A stretch of 64,000 nt of DNA from NCBI GenBank assembly GCA_963703295.1, contig OY969810.1, forward strand, positions 1,232,001 through 1,296,000, read 5' to 3'. This document shows positions 39,312 through 48,057 of the stretch, in pieces. This stretch comes from Bryobacterales bacterium. GTDB taxonomy: Bacteria; Acidobacteriota; Terriglobia; Bryobacterales; Bryobacteraceae. The notes beneath the pieces are model-generated. The model was not told where the DNA came from and searched no databases. It saw nothing but the letters and a program-made list of their open reading frames with translations. Every line of letters starts with the position of its first letter. Positions within the stretch are counted from its first letter, which is position 1. The translations under genes were made by a program, and so were the position numbers.

Positions 39312-39674
39312 ATGCGTAAAGTGCTACCGGTGGTGCTTATGGCACTGCCACTTTTTTTACTAACCGGGGCGTCGCAGGACCCACCGCAGAAGAAGGGGCC
39401 GCCTGCTCCTAAGAACTTGAAGGTTCTCCCTCCGGATACGAACCTGTTTCAGACCATGGGGGCGTACCGGACAGCCCTTGGGCAACAGTGCACTTTCTGC
39501 CATGTGCAGGGGGACTTTGCCAGCGACGAGAACCCGAAAAAAATTACGGCGCGGCACATGATCCAAATGGTGAATGAAATTAATGCCAAGTTCCCTGACG
39601 GAAAGGCCCATGTTTCCTGCTACACCTGCCATCGTGGGGCTACCGTTCCGCTGACCGCGCCGCCGGCGCAGTAG
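39312..39674 (+). CDS. Small secreted c-type cytochrome (reaction-centre cytochrome c subunit-like), two CxxCH motifs
   Basis: Signal peptide, plus the CTFCH and CYTCH heme-binding motifs. Confidence 0.8.
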   Translation: MRKVLPVVLMALPLFLLTGASQDPPQKKGPPAPKNLKVLPPDTNLFQTMGAYRTALGQQCTFCHVQGDFASDENPKKITARHMIQMVNEINAKFPDGKAHVSCYTCHRGATVPLTAPPAQ

Positions 39675-39699
39675 GAAGGCGTTGGAATTTTGTATTTTA

Positions 39700-39734
39700 A
39701 GGGCGGGCGCTCTGAGCGCCTGCCCTTTTGCTTT
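39700..39734 (+). terminator. Rho-independent terminator after the cytochrome gene
   Basis: Stem gggcgggcgc / gcgcctgccc (10 bp with one G-U pair), loop tctga, followed by ttttgctttg. Confidence 0.6.
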
Positions 39735-39821
39735 GTGAAAGAGGACTATTGTTCCTCTTATCGCCCCATTTCCCCATTTCGCTAACCCATTACCGTTTTA
39801 AATCCCTCCGAGAACTCACGC

Positions 39822-39848
39822 TAAGGTTTTCCCCGAAATGTCCGATAC
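39822..39848 (+). promoter_or_regulatory. Sigma28 (FliA)-type promoter upstream of flbD-motA-motB
   Basis: TAAGGTTT - 11 nt - TCCGATAC, compared with the enterobacterial consensus TAAAGTTT-N11-GCCGATAA (7/8 and 6/8 matches). It ends 33 nt upstream of the flbD ATG. Confidence 0.45.
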
Positions 39849-39880
39849 GTTGCCATAGGCATAGGAGCGGCCGTATTTAC

Positions 39881-40102
39881 ATGATTCGCGTAACGCGACT
39901 CAATTCTTCTTCCCTGATTCTCAATTCCGATCTAATCGAACATATTGAGGTCATACCCGATACAGTGATCACGCTTACCACCGGGCAGAGCTTGCGGGTA
40001 CGCGAATCGGCGGACGAATTGGTTCAGCGCATCGTGGAATTTCGCCGGAGCATCTATGCCCTGAACGGTCTCGATTCGTCGCTTCAGATCGGCCTGACTT
40101 AA
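39881..40102 (+). CDS. flbD: Flagellar protein FlbD
   Basis: MIRVTRLNSSSLILNSDLIEHIEVIPDTVITLTTGQSLRVRESADELVQRIVEFRR matches the FlbD family. Confidence 0.8.
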   Translation: MIRVTRLNSSSLILNSDLIEHIEVIPDTVITLTTGQSLRVRESADELVQRIVEFRRSIYALNGLDSSLQIGLT

Positions 40103-40106
40103 ACAA

Positions 40107-40982
40107 ATGGCTCCTACCACAAAAATCAACAGTAAAGCCGGCAAGCCGCTGGGCAAGATGCGCCTGGATTTTTCTACGCTGGTCGGAATCCTTCTAGCCT
40201 TAGGGGGCGTGCTTGGCGGATTGTTGCTTGAAAATGGCGACATAGCGGATATCGCGCAAATGACAGCCGCCCTGATCGTTTTAGGCGGAACATGCGGCGC
40301 CGTGCTCGTCACCACCCCTCTGCCTGTGGCGCTGCGCGCGCTGCGCGCGCTGCGCGAAGTTCTCTTCGAGCGGACCGGAAGCGGCGCGGAAGTAGTGACG
40401 AAAGTGATTCAGTTCTCTACCGAGGCGCGCAAAAACGGAATCGTGAGCCTGGAACAGCAAGCCGCCGCAATCGGCGATCCGTTTCTGCGCAAGGCCATGA
40501 TGCTCGCCATAGACGGCGCCGAATTGCACGACCTGCGCCGCATGATGGAAGTCGATATCGAAGTGATGGAATTGCATGCGGAAGCGGAAGCCAAGGTTTG
40601 GGAAGCGGCCGGCGGCTACGCGCCCACTGTGGGTATTATCGGCGCGGTGATGGGCCTGATTCAAGTAATGAAGCACCTTGAAGATATCCGTGTAGTAGGC
40701 CACGGAATCGCGGTGGCCTTCGTGGCGACGGTCTACGGGGTCGGCTCGGCGAACTTCTTCTTCCTGCCCGTTGCGGCAAAGTTGCGCGCGCGGCTGCGGG
40801 ACGCGGTACTGATGAAGGAAATGGTTCTCGAGGGCGTCTCCGGCATCGCGCAAGGTCTGAATCCGACGCTGATCCGCGTCAAATTGGAGTCCTTCTGTCC
40901 GCCTTCCGGATCGAAGAAAGGCAAACAGGCGGAACTTTCCGAGGCGGCGCCGGTGAAAGGGCGCTCGAAAGAGGCTGCCTAA
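40107..40982 (+). CDS. motA: Flagellar motor stator protein MotA (MotA/TolQ/ExbB channel family)
   Basis: 291 aa. Four TM segments, a cytoplasmic loop, and the C-terminal channel region (PTVGIIGAVMGLIQVM...GIAVAFVATVYGVGSANFFFLPVAAKL). Confidence 0.9.
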   Translation: MAPTTKINSKAGKPLGKMRLDFSTLVGILLALGGVLGGLLLENGDIADIAQMTAALIVLGGTCGAVLVTTPLPVALRALRALREVLFERTGSGAEVVTKVIQFSTEARKNGIVSLEQQAAAIGDPFLRKAMMLAIDGAELHDLRRMMEVDIEVMELHAEAEAKVWEAAGGYAPTVGIIGAVMGLIQVMKHLEDIRVVGHGIAVAFVATVYGVGSANFFFLPVAAKLRARLRDAVLMKEMVLEGVSGIAQGLNPTLIRVKLESFCPPSGSKKGKQAELSEAAPVKGRSKEAA

Positions 40983-41858
40983 GTGCGGCGAAGCCGCGCG
41001 CATGCGCATGAGAACCACGAGCGATGGCTTGTCTCTTATGCGGATTTCATTACGTTGCTATTCGCATTTTTCGTGGTGATGTTCGCATCGTCCCAAGGGA
41101 ATAAGGCGAGCCAGGTATCGGCATCGGTGCGGTCGGCGCTGGAAGAGGGAAAATTCTCTTCCGCCATTTCTACCGCCTTGGGGCGAGGCAAACACGAGGC
41201 CGACAAGACTCCGGTGCGGCCAGACCCAAACTTCACCCGTGAAGGTTCGCCTCCGCCCACACCCGCCGAATCGCCCGGGGCGAAGGCCGATCTGACCAAA
41301 TCTTTGGCCAAACTAAAGATCAATCTTGCGGGCGAGCTAAAAAGCGGCAAAGTGCAATTGCGCCTGGATGACCGCGGGCTTACGATCAGCCTGCGCGAGG
41401 CCGGATTTTTCGCCTCAGGAGATTCCGCCGTTCAAGCCTCAAGCCTTCCGGCTCTAGAGAAGATCGCGGCCGTAGTCGCCGACTTGCCGAACTCAATACG
41501 CCTCGAGGGGCACACCGACGCGCGTCCAATTCACAATTCACGCTTCCGCAGCAATTGGGAGCTTTCCACCGCGCGCGCCATCGCGATGCTCGAGCTTCTG
41601 CAGAGCCGATTCCGCATACAGACAGCCAGAATGGCAGTGGCAGGCTATGCGGAAAACGCGCCCTCCGATACGAATGACACGGAGGAGGGGCGAGGACGCA
41701 ACCGCCGTGTGGATATGGTTGTGCTTTCGGCGCAAGGCATGAAGTCGGAACCGCTTGCGGCGGCGGCAAGCAGCGCTCAGGCCTTGTCGAAATCAACGGC
41801 GTCCGTGTTGCCGCCGCAAACCACCACGCCGACCCGCTCTCCCGCCTCCGGAAAATAA
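40983..41858 (+). CDS. motB: Flagellar motor protein MotB (OmpA-like C-terminal domain)
   Basis: N-terminal ERWLVSYADFITLLFAFFVVMFA (contains the conserved Asp) and a C-terminal OmpA-like domain (RLEGHTDARPI...WELSTARAIAM...NRRVDMVV). The GTG start directly follows the motA stop. Confidence 0.85.
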   Translation: MRRSRAHAHENHERWLVSYADFITLLFAFFVVMFASSQGNKASQVSASVRSALEEGKFSSAISTALGRGKHEADKTPVRPDPNFTREGSPPPTPAESPGAKADLTKSLAKLKINLAGELKSGKVQLRLDDRGLTISLREAGFFASGDSAVQASSLPALEKIAAVVADLPNSIRLEGHTDARPIHNSRFRSNWELSTARAIAMLELLQSRFRIQTARMAVAGYAENAPSDTNDTEEGRGRNRRVDMVVLSAQGMKSEPLAAAASSAQALSKSTASVLPPQTTTPTRSPASGK

Positions 41859-42715
41859 CGTTTCGAAAGTAGCGCACCAAAGGTGGCGGCGCCCCCCGGT
41901 TCCGTAGCTATGCGGAGCGACTGCCAGAGTGCGCGCTGCGAATCGACGATGGCTTCATCGGGAACCAATACGACGGAGTCTACGAAGCTTTGGGCCAGCG
42001 GAAACATAAGTTCGCCGACGCGTTTGGGCGCGAGGGAATCGGCGGCTATACCACCAGCCGCGGAATCCACGGGTTTGCCCGCGCGCAGCGCATTCCACAA
42101 AGTTGGCGCGGCTTCGGGTTCGACGCCGACGACCTTGACTTTGCCCGCATACCAGGCCGCGATGCCGCCAATTAATCCGCCGCCGCCGACGGCGACCAGA
42201 AGGGTGTCTAATTCCGGCGCTTGTTCGTCCATTTCTAAACCGACAGTTCCCTGGCCCAGCAGGGTTTCCGCCTGGTCGTAGGCGTGTACCGGTAGCGCGC
42301 CCGATTCGGCGATCCACTGTTCACTTGCGGCCAGGGCATCGGCATAACGCTCGCCGGCAATTACGAGATCCGCGCCGTATTCGCGGATGCGTGCAATTTT
42401 GGTTGCGGACGCGACTGCAGGTACGAAAATGCGCGCCGGTTTGCCAAGTTCCCGGGCGGCATATGCCGTGGCTACGCCATGGTTTCCACCTGACGCCGCG
42501 GCCACGCCGACCGCGGGGACATGGCGCATCAGCAGGTTGGTGAACGCACCCCGCGTCTTGAAGGAGCCGGTGTGTTGCAGCAATTCAAGCTTTAGCCAAA
42601 GCGACGCGCACTGGACGCCAAATTCGCTCCCCTTAACATCGATTACGGGCGTGCGGCGAATGTAGGGGCGGATCAGTTTTTCGGCGGCGCGAATAGCCGT
42701 GGCGTCGATTGTCAT
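41777..42715 (-). CDS. PLP-dependent serine/threonine dehydratase family enzyme
   Basis: 312 aa. Contains the Lys motif HTGSFKTRGA and the glycine-rich PLP loop VAVGGGGLIGG. Confidence 0.85.
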   Translation of the reverse strand: MTIDATAIRAAEKLIRPYIRRTPVIDVKGSEFGVQCASLWLKLELLQHTGSFKTRGAFTNLLMRHVPAVGVAAASGGNHGVATAYAARELGKPARIFVPAVASATKIARIREYGADLVIAGERYADALAASEQWIAESGALPVHAYDQAETLLGQGTVGLEMDEQAPELDTLLVAVGGGGLIGGIAAWYAGKVKVVGVEPEAAPTLWNALRAGKPVDSAAGGIAADSLAPKRVGELMFPLAQSFVDSVVLVPDEAIVDSQRALWQSLRIATEPGGAATFGALLSKRYFPEAGERVGVVVCGGNTDAVDFDKA

Positions 42716-42809
42716 TTCTAGTCATTGTAGGGTAGCGTCTACCACTGCAAGCAGTTTTTGCGCAGGCCCCCGGACCTCTTGATAAGATGAGGCAAGAAAG
42801 AGAGTATCC

Positions 42810-43946
42810 TTGTCAATTACTCGCAGACGCGTGTTTGAGAGCATGGCGCTAGCAGGGATGGCCGTGAACGCGGCTGGAGCCGCGCAGGAACGCCAGGAAA
42901 AAGAGGATGGCGAGCACGCGGCTGGACGCCTGCCAAATTTTAAGTACGATTTGGAAGCGCAGACTCATTGGACCGGTGAAGGTGGGTCGGCCAAAGAAGT
43001 TACTGTCGCGGAATTTCCCATTTCGCAAAGCATCGCGGGCGTCTCTATGCGTCTTAAGCCCGGAGCCATGAGGGAACTGCATTGGCATTCTTTGGCGGCC
43101 GAATGGGCTTACATGTTGGCGGGCCGTTGCCGCGTTACCGTGATTACGCCGGAAGGCCAGGCCGAGGTAGCGGATTTCGAGGTGGGCGACACCTGGTATT
43201 TTCCTCGCGGTCACGGCCATTCGCTGCAATGTTTGGGTCCAGACGAGTGCCACTTCCTGCTGGGGTTCGACAACGGGCATTTCTCCGAGTTCGGCACCTT
43301 CAGCGTGACCGATTGGATCGCCAGCACGCCGCCCAATATCATCGCGCGCAACCTGAATCTTTCAGTCGAAGAAGTGGCGAAGTTTCCACGCAAGGAAGTG
43401 TATATCGGCACAGGCCGTATCCCGCCCGCGGTCTTGCCGACATTTCGAAACGGCGATTTGCAACCGGCGCAATTCTCACACAAGTACCGTCTGTTGGACC
43501 AGGCGCCCATAAAGTTCGATGGCGGAATGGAACGTGTTGTATCCTCGCACGAGTTTCCCATTCAGACCACGCTGACCGCGGCGCGCCTCGACCTGGAGCC
43601 AGGGGCCCTGCGCGAACTGCACTGGCATCCACATGCAGACGAATGGCAATACTACATTCGCGGCCGCGCGCGCGTCGGAGTCTTCGGCTCGCATGGGCGC
43701 GCGCGTACGGAGGAATTCGGTCCAGGGAATATCGCATTCATTCCGCAAGGCCAGGGGCACTACGTCGAGTCAGTGGGGCGCGAACCGGTAGAGGTGTTGA
43801 TCCTATTCAATAGCGGCACATACCAGGAAATCTCGCTTGCGAGCTGGCTTGGCGGCAATCCAGCGCAATTGCTGGAAGACAATTTTTCGCAGAGTCCGGG
43901 GATTGTGAGCAAGTTGCCGACGAAAACGCGCGGGATTCAACGGTAA
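42810..43946 (+). CDS. Bicupin oxalate decarboxylase/oxidase family protein with Tat-type leader
   Basis: Two cupin modules, each with the RELHWH ... EW.Y motif (AMRELHWHSLAAEWAYML; ALRELHWHPHADEWQYYI). It appears collinear with Bacillus OxdC as I recall that sequence. The N-terminal SITRRRVFESMALAG is Tat-like. Confidence 0.88.
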   Translation: MSITRRRVFESMALAGMAVNAAGAAQERQEKEDGEHAAGRLPNFKYDLEAQTHWTGEGGSAKEVTVAEFPISQSIAGVSMRLKPGAMRELHWHSLAAEWAYMLAGRCRVTVITPEGQAEVADFEVGDTWYFPRGHGHSLQCLGPDECHFLLGFDNGHFSEFGTFSVTDWIASTPPNIIARNLNLSVEEVAKFPRKEVYIGTGRIPPAVLPTFRNGDLQPAQFSHKYRLLDQAPIKFDGGMERVVSSHEFPIQTTLTAARLDLEPGALRELHWHPHADEWQYYIRGRARVGVFGSHGRARTEEFGPGNIAFIPQGQGHYVESVGREPVEVLILFNSGTYQEISLASWLGGNPAQLLEDNFSQSPGIVSKLPTKTRGIQR

Positions 43947-43983
43947 CGCGAACAGCAACGGGTGCGCGACATTAAAATGCAGA

Positions 43984-45348
43984 TCAGGCAGCGCGTCGGC
44001 CCTCCCAATAGTCCTCGAAGCGAACATTGAGGTGGGAGCATCGGAGGGCGAGGATGGAGTTGGCGCCGCGGACAGTCCAGAACATCCCGGATTGTTTGAG
44101 GCGGGAACCGATGACGGATTTGCAGCCAGCTTCGATAACGCCCGAGCCGACGAAGAGATGTTGTTCGCGGAAGCTGGGGTAACGCATACGGGCCGCGTGG
44201 GTTTCGAAGTAGTCGGCCTCGATGCGGAGCATTTCGGCAAGCTCCGGATTGGGAGGGTCGATGGCGCGCAGCGAGGACACAAGCTTTTCGATTTTGCCCT
44301 TGTCGAGCCAGCGTTTCTGGTGAAGGCCCAGCCATTTCTTCTGAGCAGGGGCATCGTTGGGATACAGCTTCCGGGCAATGTCCCATAAGTGCTGACGAGC
44401 GTGGTAGAGATCGACGATCTGAATGGCGCCGGGGAAGTGCTGGTCGGCCAGATTCCAGATCCATTCGGATCCGTCACCGATGACAACTTTCTTCACCGCG
44501 CGGCCCCATCCGCGATTCCAGGCCTCGAGATAGATCCGCTTGCCGAACTCCTCCGCCGTTTCGATGGCTCCCGTATAGGTGGTGGTATCGGGATCGCGAA
44601 TGGCAAAGCCTTCTGCGTCCCACCTGGTCTGGGTGAATACGCAGCCCAGCTTCGCCTCGCGGGTATGCGCCGGCTGACCCTTGGTTTTGCCTTTGCGTCC
44701 CTCCGTCTCTTTCTTCACCACTGGCACGCCGGTCCCGTCCATTTGCACATACAGAATTGAAATCGGCTCGCTGGCGATGACGGGCAGGTCCAGTTGGATG
44801 GCCTTACCGATGGCGCGCTGTTCGCCCTCAGCGATGTCGGCGCCAATCGCCTCAGCCGTGCGCTCTACAGACTTGGCCGTCACCTCCAGACCGGCCAGAA
44901 CTTTCATTTGCTCGCGTCCCTGCTCGAAAGGCGCCGACTGGCCCACCAGGGCGTGCATACGCCGCACGCCGGGCGAGAACTCGGTGTTCTCGATATCCAG
45001 TTGGGCGTCAGTGGGGAACTGCCCGGTATGGCAGTGCGGGCAGAGATAGTAAGGGCGGGTGACTTCGGCCCACCCCACGGCCGTCAGGATCGGTTTGGTG
45101 CGGAGTCCGCGGTAGCTGGCCCGTTGACCGCAACCACAAGCAATACGGCGCCGCTCGGGCAGCGGCTCGGCGAAGCATAATAATTGCTGGAGAGCCGAAG
45201 CTCCGGCCTGATGCATGGCTGCGCGCACCGCCATTTCGACGGCCTCCAGATCCAGGCATCCTTCCCGCCGGCGCTGGCAGAAGATCACGCGCAGCAATTG
45301 ATCTACTTCCTGCTCGATTTCGTGCCGGATCGAGTCTGCCGTTTTTTT
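43984..45348 (-). CDS. IS transposase catalytic frame (orfB, ISKra4-type DDE); open from the A8 run, reached from orfA by a -1 shift
   Basis: The ORF track gives 43984..45297. The same frame stays open upstream to the A8 run (TADSIRHEIEQEVDQLLRVIFCQRRREG...). The sequence is typical of ISKra4-like transposases (YYLCPHCH..., DGTGVP, IGDGSEWIWN, VDLYHARQHLW). Confidence 0.8.
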   Translation of the reverse strand, partial: KKTADSIRHEIEQEVDQLLRVIFCQRRREGCLDLEAVEMAVRAAMHQAGASALQQLLCFAEPLPERRRIACGCGQRASYRGLRTKPILTAVGWAEVTRPYYLCPHCHTGQFPTDAQLDIENTEFSPGVRRMHALVGQSAPFEQGREQMKVLAGLEVTAKSVERTAEAIGADIAEGEQRAIGKAIQLDLPVIASEPISILYVQMDGTGVPVVKKETEGRKGKTKGQPAHTREAKLGCVFTQTRWDAEGFAIRDPDTTTYTGAIETAEEFGKRIYLEAWNRGWGRAVKKVVIGDGSEWIWNLADQHFPGAIQIVDLYHARQHLWDIARKLYPNDAPAQKKWLGLHQKRWLDKGKIEKLVSSLRAIDPPNPELAEMLRIEADYFETHAARMRYPSFREQHLFVGSGVIEAGCKSVIGSRLKQSGMFWTVRGANSILALRCSHLNVRFEDYWEGRRAA

Positions 45349-45701
45349 TCCTCCGCCGTCAGGCTCTCTTCCAGCGGCCGCAGACGACAGATCTTTTCAT
45401 TGACTTCCACAAAGGCGCGGTTCAGTTCCTGATACTTGCGAAACTCAGCGATTTCCTTCTCTGCCTTTTTCACCGCCGCCGGCGTAGGCAGAGCCTCGCT
45501 GATGGTCTTGCCTTGCACTTTGTAAGTCAAGCGCAGGGTCGGGCCGTGACCCGGATCGTCCGGTTGAGAACAATGACAGGTTGGCTTGCCGCAGCGACGC
45601 ACCATTTCCGTGACCGAGCCGGGCCGGAGGTCGCCGAGTCGTGAGATTTGCATTCCGAGTTGGGAACGTTGCTTTTCCAGATCGGCCAGAGATGTGGACA
45701 T
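45303..45701 (-). CDS. IS transposase upstream frame (orfA, zinc-ribbon/DUF6788-like N-terminal part)
   Basis: 132 aa containing CGKPTCHC. It ends 45 nt after an A8 run (T8 on the plus strand, 45342-45349). Confidence 0.8.
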   Translation of the reverse strand: MSTSLADLEKQRSQLGMQISRLGDLRPGSVTEMVRRCGKPTCHCSQPDDPGHGPTLRLTYKVQGKTISEALPTPAAVKKAEKEIAEFRKYQELNRAFVEVNEKICRLRPLEESLTAEEKKRQTRSGTKSSRK

Positions 45702-45848
45702 AAGGCTCTTTTCCTCTGTGCGTATTATATACGTTCAGAACATGACCACAAAAAAAGAAACCCCTCCAAACCTCACTTTCATGTCGCGCACCCAACAGCA
45801 ACCGTTCAGCACACAAAATGCCTGGCGTGTTAAACTAGTTTTTCCCTC

Positions 45849-45924
45849 GGCCAGGTAGCTCAGCTGGTAGAGCGCAGCCCTGAAAAGGCTGGCGTCGGCG
45901 GTTCGATTCCGTCCCTGGCCACCA
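45849..45924 (+). tRNA. tRNA-Phe: tRNA-Phe (anticodon GAA), CCA encoded
   Basis: GGCCAGGTAGCTCAGCTGGTAGAGCGCAGCCCTGAAAAGGCTGGCGTCGGCGGTTCGATTCCGTCCCTGGCCACCA. It has a 7-bp acceptor stem, the anticodon loop CUGAAAA, and a T-loop GGTTCGATTCC. Confidence 0.95.
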
Positions 45925-45991
45925 CATTCCAAACGACTTTGCAGTAATCAAGAACGTGCGGTTAATGTCAAGGGGAACAATACGGGAACGT

Positions 45992-46430
45992 TTACGAACC
46001 CGTCTTTGTTTTGTTCCCCGCCTCTGGTTCCATCAATTTCCACATCTCACGAGCGCTGCCGCCGGTGGTGGCGATATGCTGCTTTTCCAATTTCGCGTAC
46101 CTCTCGGTCATCTTGATGAGAAGGCCGGAATCGCAGCTTCAAACGCGACACGCCGGACAGCAGCCAAGCGGAGATTAATGGTTATGGCTGCGTACTGCTT
46201 CTGTTCGAGAAAGATCCTGTATCGCAGAACCACTGTACGGTTGAATGCGAGGCGGATTCTGAACAGGACCAATCGACGAAATCAGTTATGGCGCGATCAT
46301 AGCTGAGCTGACCCCTCCTTGACGCGAGGTTTGAGTACCACCGCTTTGGACTGTCGAGGTCGGGAAGCGCTAGGACGCGCTTGGGTGGGCGCTCTTCTTG
46401 CGCGGTTTTGACATCCGAGACGGTCTCCTT
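45992..46430 (-). pseudogene. Tyrosine-recombinase (phage-type integrase) remnant with frameshift and large internal deletion
   Basis: Minus-strand fragments: LPDLDSPKRWYSNLASRRGQLSYDRAITDFVDW, then after a frame change RLAFNRTVVLRYRIFLEQKQYAAITINLRLAAVRRVAFEAA (SAM-like N-terminal domain). This is joined almost directly to a C-terminal tail, KMTERYAKLEKQHI...*. The catalytic core is missing. Confidence 0.5.
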
Positions 46431-46589
46431 TGGACCGTCTTCTGTCTGGATGTTCCCGCAACTCGCCCCTGCGCCGTTACTGCGGGTTAGGCGATTGCAC
46501 CCGGCGATCGCAACGTATAGCTGGGGGTTCATGACCGGCCGATGCTGCCTTCCTTTCTTATAATCGCCACCGGATTCGCATTCTGGTCT

Positions 46590-47333
46590 CAGCCCAGCAG
46601 CCCTGCGTTCGACGTTGCAGATATCAAGCCACACGATCCGTCGACGCTTGTGAACGGCAAGGGACGCATCACGGGCGGTAGGTTGATCTGCCTGCTGCGA
46701 CGCTGAACAAGCTCATTGCCTTTGCGTACGGAGTGCAGGAAAACATGATTGTGGGAGCGCCAAAATAGGCGACGACGGAACGGTACGACATCGTCGCCAA
46801 ATCGCCCATCCCGGACCCATCGCCTGACGTAATCCGCCAGATGGCACAGGCTCTTCTGGCAGATCGATTCAAGTTGGTGATCCGCCGGGAGACCAGGGAC
46901 GCACCGGCTTACGTCCTCGCGCGCGGCAAGGCCCCTTTGCAGATGCAAAAGGGCAACGGTGGACGGCAGCAGTGTAGTTGGAGTTCCACAGACGATGGAC
47001 TGCAACGGCGCGACTGCCACAACATGACAATGGCCGAATTCGCACGTCAGATGCCCGGCTGGGCATTTGCAGGAATCGACCTGCCTGTCGTTGATGAAAC
47101 GAATCTCGATGGGGTCTGGGATTTCCACTTTGAAGTCGGCGCGCCGCGAAAAGTTGGAGGCGAAGAGAAAAGCGGCGATTGGGCGCGGAATGTCGAGCCG
47201 GTCGACACCGCCGGTCTAGATGCGGGCCCAGCATCTTTGCCGCGCTCGATCTTTCGGGCTACAACTGGAAAAGAGAAAGATGCCTTTGCCGGTGCTCGTG
47301 ATAGAACAAGTTGAACCGCCCAGCGGGAATTGA
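46590..47333 (+). pseudogene. Decayed TIGR03435-like (Solibacter paralogous family) gene with several frameshifts and an in-frame stop
   Basis: Pieces lie in three frames. They read PAFDVADIKPHDPST...; TLNKLIAFAYGVQENMIVGAPK*; RYDIVAKSPIPDPSPDVIRQMAQALLADRFKLVIRRETRDAPAYVLA...; and SIFAALD../LQLEKRKMPLPVLVIEQVEPPSGN*. Confidence 0.55.
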
Positions 47334-47559
47334 GGGCCTGCGCGGAAGCTCTCGGCCATGATATGGCGCGTCCCAAACGTATCAGTAATGATAGGGCCCG
47401 CATATATGCGACTCGGAAGCGCGCGCTAACATAATTGCTCGTCCCTTCGGGTTGCATAAAGGAACCCTTTTGCAACGTTCCCCCAAAGCCGAGCGCCCGT
47501 TGGGTTCGCGGGTGCGGCTCACGAGTCTGGAGCCGTTTATGGTTGAAGTTCGCCGCCAC

Positions 47560-47952
47560 CCGCTTCCGCGCCATGGAACTGATCACGATTCTAACCGCTG
47601 CCATCGTTTCCGAGGTTTGTCTACCACCACGTCCAGTTCAGTGCCGACAAGAAGAGTATCGAAGTGGCCGTGCGACCGCGCAACGGTTCGGCTGCGCGCG
47701 CTGCCATTTGCCAACTCCCGGTTACGACCAGCTCGCCGAACGGCGCTTTGAGTTCATTCCCCTGTGGGGGTTTCTCGATTTTCTTCTGTACACCATGCGT
47801 CGCCTCAACCGTCGCCGCTGTGGCATTGTGGCTGTCGAAGAAGTTCCCTGGGGCGACGGCAAACGCACACTGACCAAAGCCTACATGCTCTTCTTAGCCC
47901 GTTGGGCGCAGCGACTGTCATGGAAAGGGACGGCTGAGGCCTTTCGCACGAA
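47560..47952 (+). pseudogene. N-terminal remnant of an ISL3-family transposase (frameshifted, 3' truncated)
   Basis: FVYHHVQFSADKKSIEVAVRPRNGSAAR, then after a frame change CARCHLPTPGYDQLAERRFEFIPLWGFLDFLLYTMRRLNRRRCGIVAVEEVPWGDGKRTLTKAYMLFLARWAQRLSWKGTAEAFRT. Similarity then stops. Confidence 0.6.
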
Positions 47953-48057
47953 CTTGCTCTATCACTCACTTGGCAAGTTGCCCGAGCCGTCTGCTTTCGG
48001 CAAGTCTGCGTACTTCGGTATCGGCCACAAGATTTGAGTTAAGCTTAAACGAGTCTG

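Larger units (their letters stand above)
43960..45793 (-). mobile_element. Complete ISKra4-family insertion sequence (1834 bp) with terminal inverted repeats and a 9-bp target duplication
   Basis: Left end GGGTGCGCGACAT (43960-43972) and right end ATGTCGCGCACCC (45781-45793) are exact reverse complements. The direct repeat AACAGCAAC lies immediately outside both ends (43951-43959 and 45794-45802). Confidence 0.85.

Noticed and set aside
41777-41858. 82-nt convergent overlap between the motB 3' end and the dehydratase 3' end.
   Set aside because: Both reading frames are supported by domain content up to near their ends. The MotB tail is low-complexity (Pro/Ser/Thr/Ala-rich), so the overlap is probably a harmless tail extension rather than a feature.
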